From Saccharolobus islandicus REY15A (lineage in GTDB: Archaea > Thermoproteota > Thermoprotei_A > Sulfolobales > Sulfolobaceae), in the NCBI RefSeq assembly GCF_000189555.1, contig NC_017276.1: a DNA stretch of 64,000 nt; one strand, written 5' to 3'. Below the pieces are notes generated by a model. That model did not search any database. It had not been told where the DNA came from and worked only from the letters and a program-made list of their open reading frames with translations. Positions 11,347 through 22,110 of the stretch are shown one piece after another. Made by a program: the position numbers and the translations under genes. Every line of letters begins with the position of its first letter. The first letter of the stretch is position 1.

Positions 11347-12579
11347 ATGACTACACTTGGAATCGTTTACGACAAATTTCTATCACCATACTTTGCGGGA
11401 GGAGGCTCAGTTCATGCTTATGAGGTTACAATTAGGCTTAAAAATCACTTCAAAATTATCTACTACCCTACAAGCCCAGTCCTAGTTTGGGATAAGGAAG
11501 TAGTAAAAAAGAAGGCAAAGGAGTTGGAAAGCCAAGGCATAAGAATTGCTGAGGAGTTTTATAAGATATTGGAAGAGAGGGAGAAGATTAGTAAAATTAA
11601 GAGGTTTTTATTCGCTGATAAGGTCGCTAAGGAGTTCTCTAAAGATTATAAGATTGACGCTGATATTTTGTATCAACCAGACCATACATCGCTTGACATT
11701 TTCTACTTGGCTAGGAATACAAAGTACGGTATAACTTTCCATGAACCCCCATTTTATAACGACTCTTTAAGATACTTGAGAAGGTTAATGAAATTTTATG
11801 GTGTTAATCCGTATACTGGCAAAGGTTTTCACACTAGGTTCTTATATAACGAGTATGTGAAATTTCTGTATAAGAGATTACTAAAAAAAGAGGTAAGTAA
11901 TAAGCCAACTTTTCTGGCTGGTGTTAGCGAAGCCCCTTTGATTGAGTCAGGCTTGGAAGGGGAAATTATAAAACCTGGTAACGCTTTTGACCCATTTCTC
12001 ATGAAGTATAGAAACAAAGGAAAGGAGGATTACGTTATATTCTGGAGTCGGTTGAATCAAGATAAGGGATTTCACGAATTGCCAGACATTTTACGCATAA
12101 TGGAAAAGAAGAGTGGTAATAGGATAAGGTTAGTTGTAATGGGTAAGTTTTTCGATAAGTATAGCGAGAGGAGATTTTGGTCTAAGGTTAGAAAATACGA
12201 TTTGAAGGTTGAGTATAAGGGTTTTGTGAAGAGAGAGGAGTTAGCTGAAATTGTGTCAAGGGCTAAGGTTCTTATTTACCCTTCTCATGTTGATGGTTTT
12301 TCCCTAGTAGTCTTAGAGTCCTTAGCTCTAGGTACTCCAGTTGTTGCGTATGGTATTCCCGCAATTAAAAGCGTTTATGGGGGTTTAGAAAGCGTTAGTA
12401 TAGTTAAGGAGTTCGATAAGGGAAGCATGGCGCAAAATGCTTTAAGATTCTATAAAATGAATGAGAGTAAAATTGAAGAAATAATGAATGGAAATAAGTT
12501 AATGGAGTTTTTAAAGTTACATTCCAGTTGGGATAACGTAGCTGAGGCTGTGTTAAAGATCATAAAGAAGTACATTTAA
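11347..12579 (+). CDS. Glycosyltransferase family 4 (GT-B)
   Basis: GGGSVHAYE N-terminal motif, SRLNQDKG, YPSHVDGFSLVVLESLALGTPVV. Confidence 0.9.
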   Translation: MTTLGIVYDKFLSPYFAGGGSVHAYEVTIRLKNHFKIIYYPTSPVLVWDKEVVKKKAKELESQGIRIAEEFYKILEEREKISKIKRFLFADKVAKEFSKDYKIDADILYQPDHTSLDIFYLARNTKYGITFHEPPFYNDSLRYLRRLMKFYGVNPYTGKGFHTRFLYNEYVKFLYKRLLKKEVSNKPTFLAGVSEAPLIESGLEGEIIKPGNAFDPFLMKYRNKGKEDYVIFWSRLNQDKGFHELPDILRIMEKKSGNRIRLVVMGKFFDKYSERRFWSKVRKYDLKVEYKGFVKREELAEIVSRAKVLIYPSHVDGFSLVVLESLALGTPVVAYGIPAIKSVYGGLESVSIVKEFDKGSMAQNALRFYKMNESKIEEIMNGNKLMEFLKLHSSWDNVAEAVLKIIKKYI

Positions 12580-12697
12580 ACTAGTGGGTTGTATTTAATA
12601 ATTTATTCAATACTCTGCTACTACTACTCATGAGGAACTTACACGGACGGACCGTTTTGTATCTTTTTTTAAGGAAAAACTTTTTACATCTTGTGTA

Positions 12698-12773
12698 TGG
12701 GTCCGCCGGGATTTGAACCCGGGACCACGACGACCCGAACGTCGCATCCTAGTCCAGGCTAGACCACGGACCC
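12698..12773 (-). tRNA. tRNA-Pro (anticodon CGG)
   Basis: GGGTCCG acceptor, stem CGACG/CGTCG with loop TT-CGG-GT, T-arm GTTCAAATCC. Confidence 0.93.
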
Positions 12774-12809
12774 CTATTATTTAAATTATAACGCGTGTTT
12801 ATAACACTA

Positions 12810-13535
12810 ATGGCAGTTGATGAACTATTCGACTCCTATGCAATAGAGACCATTGGAAAGAGAATATCTGGAGACATTGTTTGGAGTAAGGATGTGTCGG
12901 GATCTTTAAGGAAATGGAGAGAGATGTTTAATGTTTCTCAAGGCGAATTGGCTAGGGAGATGGGGATTAAGCAATCCGTTATTGCAGATTACGAGAGGGG
13001 GAGAAGGCAAGCTGGTAGTGAGTTCATTAAGCGGTATGTGCTAGCCTTGATTTCTATAGACGCCAGGAGGGGTTATAAGGTTATTAAAGAATTGGCTAAG
13101 ATGTTTGGGATAAATTTTCCTTTTATTATTGATATGAGGGATTTCAATTCTCCTATTGGCATAGATAAGTTAATTAGGGCTGTTGACGGTGTTGTTGTAA
13201 ACTCTTTTGTTGCTGATAAGAAGATTTATGGTTATATTGTTACTGATAGTATTAGGGCTATTCTCAGCTTAAGCGGCTTGGAGTTTTATCAAGTTTTGAG
13301 CATGATGGTGAATAGGGTTGTGGTCTTCACGAGGGTAAGTAGCGGTAGGTCTCCAATGATAGCTCTTAAGGTTGCCCCAATAAGGCCTCAAATAGTTGTT
13401 TTCCACAGACCAATTAAGCTAGATCCTTTAGCATTGATGCTAAGCGAGGTTGAAGGAATAAATATTATAGTCTCTACGAAGCCAACTGAGGAGGATTTGA
13501 TTAAGGGTTTGAAGTCTCTCCTTGCAGAATCATAA
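12810..13535 (+). CDS. XRE/Cro-type HTH domain protein (predicted regulator)
   Basis: [34 protein letters not shown] helix-turn-helix; ATG 12810 preferred over the upstream GTG. Confidence 0.8.
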   Translation: MAVDELFDSYAIETIGKRISGDIVWSKDVSGSLRKWREMFNVSQGELAREMGIKQSVIADYERGRRQAGSEFIKRYVLALISIDARRGYKVIKELAKMFGINFPFIIDMRDFNSPIGIDKLIRAVDGVVVNSFVADKKIYGYIVTDSIRAILSLSGLEFYQVLSMMVNRVVVFTRVSSGRSPMIALKVAPIRPQIVVFHRPIKLDPLALMLSEVEGINIIVSTKPTEEDLIKGLKSLLAES

Positions 13536-13851
13536 TTGCCTTTGCTATATCACCATTTGCCTTAATTAAGGCCTCTCTCGCTTCCTTTTCGCTTTTACCA
13601 GTTTGCTCGGCGACGAATTTGACATCTTCTTCTTTTATCTCTACTTGGTTATGTTTTTGTTCTTCCCTAGTTTCTCCTCCAAATATAACAATTGCCTCAT
13701 TGCCCATGACGTTTGTTTTCGTAACAGTGGGATTTTCAATTACTATATTCTTTTCATTAGTCTCAATTATCACTCTAATTGCGTTTATTTGTTCAGTTTT
13801 TATTCCCATTCTTTCCATTTTCTTTAGGTCTGAGGGTTTAATTTTTGCCAT
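13501..13851 (-). CDS. nac: Nascent polypeptide-associated complex protein (aNAC)
   Basis: [21 protein letters not shown] domain plus UBA-like [24 protein letters not shown]. Confidence 0.93.
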   Translation of the reverse strand: MAKIKPSDLKKMERMGIKTEQINAIRVIIETNEKNIVIENPTVTKTNVMGNEAIVIFGGETREEQKHNQVEIKEEDVKFVAEQTGKSEKEAREALIKANGDIAKAIMILQGETSNP

Positions 13852-13909
13852 TACAAGTTTTATTGAAGAAGAAGTAAACTTAATAGTTTGCGGTTACAAT
13901 ATTTCACAA

Positions 13910-15178
13910 ATGAATTACTTTCTGAAAATATTAGGTGGAGGAAGAGAGGTAGGCAGGTCTGCTATTGAGGTCGGAAATAGCGACAGCAGTATCATACTAG
14001 ATTATGGAGTGAACTTTGATGAAAAGGATAATCCAAATTTTCCATTGCAGGAAGTGCCTAATAGAGTAAAGGGCTTTGTCGTATCTCATGCACACCTAGA
14101 CCATGTAGGAGCTTTGCCAATCTATCAAATAGGCTCATTGAATACTAAGGTCTACGGCACTGTGGCAACTAGGATAATAACTGAGGTTATGTTAAAGGAC
14201 TTCCTAAAGCTTTCCGGTTCTAAAATACCTTACGAGTGGGTTGAGGTAAGGAAGACCATGGACAATTTCATGGCGATTGGATATGGGGAAGAGACGGAAA
14301 TTGATAGTATGAAAGTCTCACTATATAACGCCGGCCACATACCTGGAAGTTCCATTATTAAGGTATCATCAGAGAAAGGCGCAGTAGCATTTACCGGAGA
14401 CATTAACTTAACTGAGACTAAATTGATGAAACCAGCAGAAATTGAGAGTATAGGGAATGCAAACGTTCTAGTCATGGAGTCGACTTATGGTAAATTTAAC
14501 CATCCTAATAGGAAAGACGTTGAGAACGAGTTCTACGAGAAGGTTTTAGAAGTCGTTGAGAGTGGTGGGACTGTCTTAGTACCGGCTTTTAGTTTAGCGA
14601 GAAGCCAAGAAGTGTTGTCTGTATTGGCGGAAAGGGATTTCCCTTATCCAGTTTACTATGATGGAATGTCTAGAGAGATAACGGAGATAATGCTTGGTTT
14701 TAGGGAGTTTTTAAATAAACCAGATTTACTTAAGAAGGCTTACGATAATTTCAATTACGTTAAGGGATGGGAGGATAGACATAGAGCATGGAAGGAGAGA
14801 GGAGTTATCGTTGCCAGTGCGGGAATGCTTAAAGGTGGACCAGCTGTTTATTACTTCAAAAAGCTTTCAGAAAGTAGTAAGAATGCGATATTCTTAGTTA
14901 GTTATCAAGCTATTAACACACCGGGGAGGAGGTTATTGGAAATGGGTAAGTTCGATGAGTATTCTGGGTTATTAAAGGCTAGATTGGAGATCTTTGACTT
15001 TTCAAGTCATGCTGGGAGAAGACAACTTCTAGAGATAGTCAAATCGATTAAGGGTTTGGAAAAGGTGGTACTAGTTCACGGTTCTCCAGATAACGAAACG
15101 TCATTGGCTGATTTAATAAAGCAAGAGACTGGAGTTGAAGTAATAATTCCGGAAAATGGTCAAGAAATTAGTTTATAA
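13910..15178 (+). CDS. Beta-CASP metallo-beta-lactamase ribonuclease (aCPSF2-like)
   Basis: [43 protein letters not shown]. True start is ATG 13910; the upstream extension overlaps nac. Confidence 0.9.
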   Translation: MNYFLKILGGGREVGRSAIEVGNSDSSIILDYGVNFDEKDNPNFPLQEVPNRVKGFVVSHAHLDHVGALPIYQIGSLNTKVYGTVATRIITEVMLKDFLKLSGSKIPYEWVEVRKTMDNFMAIGYGEETEIDSMKVSLYNAGHIPGSSIIKVSSEKGAVAFTGDINLTETKLMKPAEIESIGNANVLVMESTYGKFNHPNRKDVENEFYEKVLEVVESGGTVLVPAFSLARSQEVLSVLAERDFPYPVYYDGMSREITEIMLGFREFLNKPDLLKKAYDNFNYVKGWEDRHRAWKERGVIVASAGMLKGGPAVYYFKKLSESSKNAIFLVSYQAINTPGRRLLEMGKFDEYSGLLKARLEIFDFSSHAGRRQLLEIVKSIKGLEKVVLVHGSPDNETSLADLIKQETGVEVIIPENGQEISL

Positions 15179-15200
15179 ACGTTTGAAGTAGACGTAATTT

Positions 15201-16361
15201 GTGATAATACTATTTATTCACGCGTCGGACTTCTCGTTTAATGTAAAGGAAAAAGCCATTAAGGAACCAGAAGAGGCTAAATTAAAGTCAATAGAGTTAA
15301 AGAACGTTCTGGTCTGTTTTACTACAGTGGAGAAAGGTGATGATGAGGAGATTTTAAACGAGGCCATAAACGATATCTTAGACGTTTACAGTAAGGTGAA
15401 AGCAGCTTCCGTGGTTATTTATCCTTATGCTCACTTATCTTCTAACTTAGCAAATCCAGACACTGCCATAAAGGTGCTTGAATCGTTGGAGAACTTATTA
15501 AAGGATAAGGTAAAGGTTTATAGGGCACCATTTGGTTGGTACAAGGCTTTTTCAATATCTTGCTATGGCCATCCCTTAAGCGAGTTATCTAGGAGAATAA
15601 GAAAGGGTGAGGAGTTGGAGAAAAGTGAGGAGTTGAAGTACTGTGAAAAGTTCGGATTTCCTACCTCTGCTGAAAGCGCGTTTATGAGGAGAGCAGTAAT
15701 AGGATATTTAAGGAACATACTTCAACCAATTTTCGAATCCGAGAATAATGAAAACGTAAGTAATGGTGAAATGAGTATACTTTATCGAAATGTTGAGAGC
15801 GGAAGAATTCTCCCATGTATTAATGAGAATCCTAGGGTAATAGCAGTGTACGGTGGTGTTAAGGAGTTAGATTTTCCCAAAGAGATTATTGATAGCAAAA
15901 ATAGAATTAAGGTCTGGTGGGTAAACGAGAGTAGAACTTATGTGGACGTTGGAAGATTGGTATATTACTTTATTTTAGAATCGATTAGGAAACAGCCTCC
16001 TACTTTGCCAGATTGGCTTAATCCAATTCAAGTTAGACTGTTACCAGTAAAGAAGGACTTCTTAGATTTCTCAATACAAGTTGCGGAAAGGTTAAGAAAG
16101 GAGGGAATAAGAGTTAATATTGATGATTTGGATGATAGCTTAGGAAATAAGATAAGGAGAGCTGGGACTGAGTGGATACCTTTAGTCATAATTATAGGAG
16201 AAAGGGAAGTGAAGACTAGTACGCTTACTGTAAAAATTAGAGCGAATAATGAGCAAAAGAGTATGAGTATAGAGGAGTTAGTTAAGGAGATAAAGGATGA
16301 GGTTAAGGAAAGGCAGAACTTACCACTTTATTATAGTCTCTATAAGCACGAAAACCGCTGA
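15201..16361 (+). CDS. Free-standing threonyl-tRNA synthetase editing protein (editing + anticodon-binding domains)
   Basis: Archaeal ThrRS editing domain (LFIHASDF, YPYAHLSS, RAPFGWYKAF..CYGHPLSELSR) and C-terminal anticodon-binding domain; no class II catalytic core. Confidence 0.9.
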   Translation: MIILFIHASDFSFNVKEKAIKEPEEAKLKSIELKNVLVCFTTVEKGDDEEILNEAINDILDVYSKVKAASVVIYPYAHLSSNLANPDTAIKVLESLENLLKDKVKVYRAPFGWYKAFSISCYGHPLSELSRRIRKGEELEKSEELKYCEKFGFPTSAESAFMRRAVIGYLRNILQPIFESENNENVSNGEMSILYRNVESGRILPCINENPRVIAVYGGVKELDFPKEIIDSKNRIKVWWVNESRTYVDVGRLVYYFILESIRKQPPTLPDWLNPIQVRLLPVKKDFLDFSIQVAERLRKEGIRVNIDDLDDSLGNKIRRAGTEWIPLVIIIGEREVKTSTLTVKIRANNEQKSMSIEELVKEIKDEVKERQNLPLYYSLYKHENR

Positions 16362-16558
16362 GTTTGCGATGTGAATGAAGTACGAAATTTTAGGAGGAAG
16401 CTAGACAAATATTTCACGCTGCAATTGGATACTAACCCTTTAATGCCTCTCTAGTAAGAGATGTGACCTAAATAAAATGAGGAAGGTCCCTTAACGAGAG
16501 GAAGTAAGTCTAAAAGACGTAAATGAACTTTTTATTTTAAATTCAGATTTTTCATGGG

Positions 16559-17503
16559 ATGAGAGTAGAAGCTAAGGTTCCGTTAAAGCTAACATTATTT
16601 GGAGAACACGCTGTAGTTTATGATAGACCGGCCATCGCAATGACTATTTCAGAGAGCCTAAAGGTTAGGGTAAGTGAGAGTGACAGATTCCTAATTATAT
16701 CACCGTCCCTCAATATAAGAGGGGTTAAGTTAGATCTAAATGAGATGAAAATTGAGAGTGATGAGGCGAAGAAAGTACTTAGGTATGTATTTGAAGTATT
16801 GAATTACTTTGAAATGAAGAAGCCAGTTAAAATAGAAATAGACTCTACAGTTGAACCATCTGTTGGATTAGGTACAAGTGCTGCAGTTATTGTTGGTACT
16901 GTTGCTGCTTATTCTAAATATTTGGGAATCGATTTAAACAGAGACGAAATAGCCAAAATTTCCCACGACATAGAGTTAAAGGTTCAAGGAATAGCAAGTA
17001 GGATGGATACTTATACTGAAACCTATGGTGGTTTGATTTATTTCCTGCCCGGAGGAGAGGGATTTGAAAGGATAGATACTAATTTTGAACTAACAGCTGG
17101 TTACATAAGGAGGAGTATGAGTACTGCTGATGTCTTATGGCGTGTTAGAAAACTTAAGGAGTTAAACAAGGAAGTCTTCGATAATATATTGGATGTAATA
17201 GGTGAGATAACTAATAGAGCTAAATCCTTAATAATTGAACAAAATTACGAGGAATTAGGACTCTTAATGTACGTAAATCATGGATTATTATTTTCATTAG
17301 GAATAACTTCTCCAGAAGCTGATGAGATTGTTTCTAGAGCTAAACAATTGAGAATAAAAGGTTGTAAGATTAGTGGGGGAGGGGCTGGAGGTTCCATAAT
17401 ATGTATAAAGTCCGTTGAGGCTGAAGTTCTTTTAAAGAGCTACAACGCTAGGATAGTTAATTCAACTCTAATCAAAGATGGTGTCGATATTTCGATAATA
17501 TAA
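16559..17503 (+). CDS. mvk: Mevalonate kinase
   Basis: PLKLTLFGEHAVVY, GHMP PSVGLGTSAA, KISGGGAGG. Confidence 0.93.
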   Translation: MRVEAKVPLKLTLFGEHAVVYDRPAIAMTISESLKVRVSESDRFLIISPSLNIRGVKLDLNEMKIESDEAKKVLRYVFEVLNYFEMKKPVKIEIDSTVEPSVGLGTSAAVIVGTVAAYSKYLGIDLNRDEIAKISHDIELKVQGIASRMDTYTETYGGLIYFLPGGEGFERIDTNFELTAGYIRRSMSTADVLWRVRKLKELNKEVFDNILDVIGEITNRAKSLIIEQNYEELGLLMYVNHGLLFSLGITSPEADEIVSRAKQLRIKGCKISGGGAGGSIICIKSVEAEVLLKSYNARIVNSTLIKDGVDISII

Positions 17504-17543
17504 GGAAAAGTCTAATTTACCAGTAACTAGAAGATAGATTATT

Positions 17544-19319
17544 GTGTGTGGAATTATAGGGGTTGTTTCGAATAAGGAAAGCAAGAGACTAGCTGAATTA
17601 GTAGTGTCATGCCTTAATAGACTAGAATACAGGGGTTATGATAGTGTTGGCGTTGCTGCACTTTCAAGTGCTAATTTAGAGGTAAGAAAGGCTAAGGGTA
17701 CTGTTGAGGAAGTAGTAAGGAAGAAGAATATTAAAGAGTTGTCTGGTTACGCGTTTTTAGGACATACCAGATGGGCTACTCATGGAGCCCCTACTGACTA
17801 TAATGCTCATCCACATACAGATTGTAGTAATAATATAGCGGTAATTCATAATGGAACAATAAGGAATTTTAAAGAGCTAAGAGATGAGTTACAGTCTCTA
17901 GGCCATAAGTTCAAGAGTGAGACTGACACTGAGGTAATACCCCATATGATGGAGGAATACATGAAAAGGGGTATGGATACTTTTCAAGCTTTTAGAAGTG
18001 CAGTAAAAAGCATTCAAGGTAGCTTTGCGATTTTGGCAGTAGTTAAGGGAGAGAGGAGAATTTTCTTCGCAAAGAGAGATAACCCATTAGTAATAGGATT
18101 AGGAGACGATAAGACGTTTATAGCTAGTGATATTCCTTCATTTCTACCTTACACCAGAAAGGTTATAGTAATATCTGATGGTGAGCTAGGCTATGTAACG
18201 CCGAATACTGTTTATATAGAAGACGAAAACGATAATCCAATAGATGTCACAAGTAGGATAAAGATTATAGATTGGGACGCATCCTCAGCCTCTAAAGAAG
18301 GATATCCTCACTTTATGCTTAAGGAAATTCATGAAAGTCCAATTGCTGTTAAAGATACGATCTCTGGACTTTTAAGTGAAATTGATAAGGTAAGTGAAAT
18401 CGCTGAGGAAATAAGGAAGTCCTCTAGAATAATAGTCACAGCTGCTGGAACAAGTTATCATGCTGGATTTTATTTCTCATTATTACTTGCTAGAAAAGGA
18501 TATACGAGTATTCCATTAATTGCCTCAGAATATCATAATTTTAGAGTTAAAAAAGGTGATATTGTAATTGCGATAAGTCAAAGTGGAGAAACTCTAGACG
18601 TCAAAATGGGTATTAGGAAATTCAAAGAGGAAGGGGCTAAGATAATTGCATTAACGAACGTAATTGAGAGCGACATAGCTAGGGAAAGCGATTACAAACT
18701 ATATATGAGAGCTGGACCAGAAATAGGAGTGGCGGCTACGAAAACTTTCACATCTGAAATTGCATCCTTACTCTTCTTGTATTCTCTAATAGAAAAGGAA
18801 AGCATCTCTTATCTAGAAAGCGCTCACGAGACAGTTAGAAATGTAATAACTGAGACGGAAGGATTTGCTAAGAAGATTGGGGAGGAGTTGGCTAACAAGA
18901 ACAACGCCTATTACTTGGGAAGAGGTCTAGGAGTACCTTTAGCAATGGAAGGAGCATTAAAGATAAAGGAAATAGCGTACATCCACGCTGAAGCGTATCC
19001 AGCTGGAGAAAGTAAACATGGACCGATAGCGTTAGTTGAGAATGGATTTCCAATAGTCTTCATAAACGATGGAGAACTGGTAGATGAATTGGAGAAGAAT
19101 TTACAAGAGATGAAAGCGAGAGGTGGTAAGACTTATTCAATAAGTGTGAATAAGAGACTTAACTTCGCAGATACTGAGATTCTAGTAAATACTGATGAAA
19201 AACTCTCTTCACTTGCAATAGCGCCAATAATTCAACTAATAGCATATTACGCTTCTGTTAAAAGAGGATACGATCCAGATAAGCCTAGAAACCTGGCCAA
19301 AACAGTAACGGTTGAGTAA
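17544..19319 (+). CDS. glmS: Glutamine-fructose-6-phosphate aminotransferase (isomerizing)
   Basis: MCGIIG, LEYRGYDS, GHTRWATHG, AATKTF, KHGPIAL, PRNLAKTVTVE. Confidence 0.97.
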   Translation: MCGIIGVVSNKESKRLAELVVSCLNRLEYRGYDSVGVAALSSANLEVRKAKGTVEEVVRKKNIKELSGYAFLGHTRWATHGAPTDYNAHPHTDCSNNIAVIHNGTIRNFKELRDELQSLGHKFKSETDTEVIPHMMEEYMKRGMDTFQAFRSAVKSIQGSFAILAVVKGERRIFFAKRDNPLVIGLGDDKTFIASDIPSFLPYTRKVIVISDGELGYVTPNTVYIEDENDNPIDVTSRIKIIDWDASSASKEGYPHFMLKEIHESPIAVKDTISGLLSEIDKVSEIAEEIRKSSRIIVTAAGTSYHAGFYFSLLLARKGYTSIPLIASEYHNFRVKKGDIVIAISQSGETLDVKMGIRKFKEEGAKIIALTNVIESDIARESDYKLYMRAGPEIGVAATKTFTSEIASLLFLYSLIEKESISYLESAHETVRNVITETEGFAKKIGEELANKNNAYYLGRGLGVPLAMEGALKIKEIAYIHAEAYPAGESKHGPIALVENGFPIVFINDGELVDELEKNLQEMKARGGKTYSISVNKRLNFADTEILVNTDEKLSSLAIAPIIQLIAYYASVKRGYDPDKPRNLAKTVTVE

Positions 19320-19321
19320 AG

Positions 19322-20404
19322 ATGAAAGCTATAGTGTTAGCTGGAGGAAAGGGAGAAGGATTATTGCCATACACTGACAAGGTTCAGAAAGAGGCTATCA
19401 CAGTACTAGGCAAAGCAATAATAAACTACACAATAGATGGTTTAAAGAAAGCAGGCGTAAAAGAATTTGAGATAATCGTAAACGAGAAGGGAAATCAAAT
19501 AGAAGAAGAGGTTGAGAAACTTGATGTATCGTTTGAAACTATAGTACAAAAGAGACAAGGAATTGATGGTGCAGTTCTAGATGGTATGGAAAAGATTGAT
19601 GACGATGTATTTGTGTTGGCATTTGGTGATATTATTGTACCTGCGGAATTCTACAAAAGCCTTATGGACACTTACATAATGACAGGGAGACAAGCCGTTA
19701 TACCGTTGGTACCAGTGAGTGAGGGAACAGAAACTTACGGTCTAGTTAAAATCGTTGACAACAAACTAAAAGTGGTTAAAGAAAGCTCAACCCTAGCATT
19801 AGGTGGAGCTTACATATTACCAAAACCAAAGGACAATTTCACTTCTCTTCTGGATTATATTGATCTTCTTGCTAGTGAAGCTAAACTCAACTATTTTATT
19901 TGGTCAGAGAATTGGGTTGACATAGGTTATCCAGAGGATTTACTATTCGCATTAGAAACGCTGTTAAGGAGAAAGGAAAGCGTTATATCAGATAAGGCTG
20001 AAATTTCGAAAGATGCGATAATTGGGAAGGGAGTTATTGTTGAAGATAATGCGATAATAGAAGATTATGCGATAATTAAAGGACCAGCTTATATCGGTAA
20101 AAACGCTTACGTAGGATCGTTTTCTTTAGTTAGAGACTATTCCTCCATAGAAGAGGGAGCAAAGATAGGGGCTTACTGTGAAATTGCTCATTCACTAATT
20201 GAACCCTTCGCTGAAGTGGGTTCTAAATCCTATTTGACTTACTCAATAGTGGGTAAAGGAGCTAAGATAGGGGCTTCTGTCATAACTGCAAGTTATCCAG
20301 CACAATCACTAAGTAGGCCTAGATTCAATAAACTAGGTGCTTTAATTTCACCAGAAAAAGTAATTAAACATGGAAGTGTAATAGAAGCTGGTATGAAAAT
20401 TTAA
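19322..20404 (+). CDS. Sugar-phosphate nucleotidyltransferase with hexapeptide-repeat (LbH) tail, GlmU-like
   Basis: KAIVLAGGKG, WVDIGYPEDLL, C-terminal left-handed beta-helix repeats. Confidence 0.8.
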   Translation: MKAIVLAGGKGEGLLPYTDKVQKEAITVLGKAIINYTIDGLKKAGVKEFEIIVNEKGNQIEEEVEKLDVSFETIVQKRQGIDGAVLDGMEKIDDDVFVLAFGDIIVPAEFYKSLMDTYIMTGRQAVIPLVPVSEGTETYGLVKIVDNKLKVVKESSTLALGGAYILPKPKDNFTSLLDYIDLLASEAKLNYFIWSENWVDIGYPEDLLFALETLLRRKESVISDKAEISKDAIIGKGVIVEDNAIIEDYAIIKGPAYIGKNAYVGSFSLVRDYSSIEEGAKIGAYCEIAHSLIEPFAEVGSKSYLTYSIVGKGAKIGASVITASYPAQSLSRPRFNKLGALISPEKVIKHGSVIEAGMKI

Positions 20405-20435
20405 TAAAAAAGCCTAAATTTCTTTAGCGTTTTCT

Positions 20436-21860
20436 CTATCTTCTTCTTAAAAGTACTACGGCAGCTACTACTATAACTATTATAACTATTACAATACCTA
20501 TTATAACTGGAGTTGATATCCCGGAACTAGTAACAGACGTGGTTGTTGAAGAAGAAGTTGTAGGTGTGGTAGTCGATGTGGTAGAAGTTGAAGTCGTTGA
20601 GGTTGTGGATATAGTCGTGGTTGAAGACGTGGAAGTAGAAGTAGTCGTTGTAGTAGTTGAGGAAGATGTAGTTGTAGTCGAAGCGGTCGTTGTAGAAGTT
20701 GTTGTAGTAGTTGTTGTAGAGCTGGTAGTCGATGTGGTACTGGTCGTGGTGGTTGTTGTAGTGGAAGTAATTGTGGGTATTAATCCAGTGCTTACTATAC
20801 CATGAGGTGTAATATAAGTTATATTTATTTGATATTGTGTTCCAGTATACTGTTCAGGTATCTTTAATTCTATCCAAGAATTACCATATGCGAATTCAGT
20901 GCTATTACTGCCAAAGTAAGGTTCTTGAATTGGTTGACCATTTATTGTCAGCGTTGAAGTGAAATTGCCTATGGCTGTTGTAAATGGCTTGAGAGACGAT
21001 GATTGTGGTAAAACTTCCACTATAACTTTATCGCTCAGGCTAAATGGATATTTAGATAGAATGTATATATAGCCATTTGTTGTCACAAATGACACTGTAA
21101 TGTTATTAGACGTATATGTATTGGACGTAACTAAAGTACCATTTAATCCATAACTAACATTTACAAAAATTACAAATGGAACGTATCCTAATACTTGTCG
21201 ATAATTACTAATATTGTAGAACTGAATGTAATTGTAGAAATAATATAGACCTTGTGAGACGTAACTTGGTACTAGAATCGGTACATAAGAAGAGTTTGAG
21301 AGGGGCGGTTGTAATTCAAATGGAGCATTGTATAGCCTATACATATTGGTGAGAAATACTGATGAATAGGTATATGTTGATACGGACGTGTTCCAGTTAC
21401 GAATATTCGAAATTGTTAGATTTACTGTGTAAAGCTTACCGGATATTCCATTTATTAATATTAAGTTTGCGCTATTGTTTAGCAAGATATTCGCAGATAC
21501 GACCTTAGATACGCTATTCACGGTAATTATTAGAGACTGGCCGTTTACGGTTAAAACGTTCTTACCAGTTGGTAAAGATAACGTAACTGGAGAGTAAGAA
21601 TAGGGAGGGATAGTTACTGTAGTATATGAGTTACCATTCAAATAAACAGTAACTGTTTCACTATTTGGGTTATTATTTATGACATAAGCCGTAAACGAGG
21701 CAGATGAACTAGTTGTAGGAATTGTGATAAAGCCAGTTGGAACAAGTGTTATATTAGTTACCGTTTGCGATTGCGCTAATGTGATAGGAAGTATTAACAT
21801 TAAAATTACAAATAGTGATATAAAACCAGTTACAAGTACTTTTCTTAAATTCACTGACAT
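20436..21860 (-). CDS. Secreted, C-terminally anchored Ser/Thr-rich cell-surface protein
   Basis: Signal peptide from MSVNLRKV (ATG 21860), beta-rich body, ~80-aa Thr/Ser linker, TM helix ending in RRR. Confidence 0.8.
   Translation of the reverse strand: MSVNLRKVLVTGFISLFVILMLILPITLAQSQTVTNITLVPTGFITIPTTSSSASFTAYVINNNPNSETVTVYLNGNSYTTVTIPPYSYSPVTLSLPTGKNVLTVNGQSLIITVNSVSKVVSANILLNNSANLILINGISGKLYTVNLTISNIRNWNTSVSTYTYSSVFLTNMYRLYNAPFELQPPLSNSSYVPILVPSYVSQGLYYFYNYIQFYNISNYRQVLGYVPFVIFVNVSYGLNGTLVTSNTYTSNNITVSFVTTNGYIYILSKYPFSLSDKVIVEVLPQSSSLKPFTTAIGNFTSTLTINGQPIQEPYFGSNSTEFAYGNSWIELKIPEQYTGTQYQINITYITPHGIVSTGLIPTITSTTTTTTTSTTSTTSSTTTTTTTSTTTASTTTTSSSTTTTTTSTSTSSTTTISTTSTTSTSTTSTTTPTTSSSTTTSVTSSGISTPVIIGIVIVIIVIVVAAVVLLRRR
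20525..20775 (-). repeat. Low-complexity Thr/Ser codon tract
   Basis: GTN-rich triplets on the + strand encode the poly-T/S linker on the - strand. Confidence 0.85.
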
Positions 21861-22110
21861 CACATTATGCAAACCGTGTTTGTAAATAAACTTTTTGCTT
21901 AGTAGTATTATGTTAGTAAGTATTAAATACAATGGGTCAAGATGCATTAGATAGAACATTAATTATTAATTTCCCTTTTAATGTGCCCTTAATGCTCCTT
22001 AAAAACATTTTTAAATAATACTGCATATAGTCCTAGCGTTAATTCTTATATTGATCAGACTATTCCAAAATAATGTTAAAGTTTATAATCGATAAAAAGA
22101 TCTTAACTTA

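Noticed and set aside
12580-12697. ATGAGGA as the C box of an sRNA
   Set aside because: No downstream CTGA D box at suitable spacing.
13619-13909. 97-codon N-terminal extension of the beta-CASP ORF
   Set aside because: Antisense to nac; homology begins at ATG 13910.
16362-16558. Small ORFs or hairpins between the ThrRS editing gene and mvk
   Set aside because: All frames are interrupted within about 30 codons, the hairpins are short (5 bp) and no C/D boxes are present.
20539-20805. 88-aa Val/Glu-rich + strand ORF
   Set aside because: Antisense shadow of the Thr/Ser linker codons.
21979-22005. TTAATGTGCCC/TTAATGCTCC short tandem
   Set aside because: Imperfect, only two units, and expected by chance in an AT-rich spacer.
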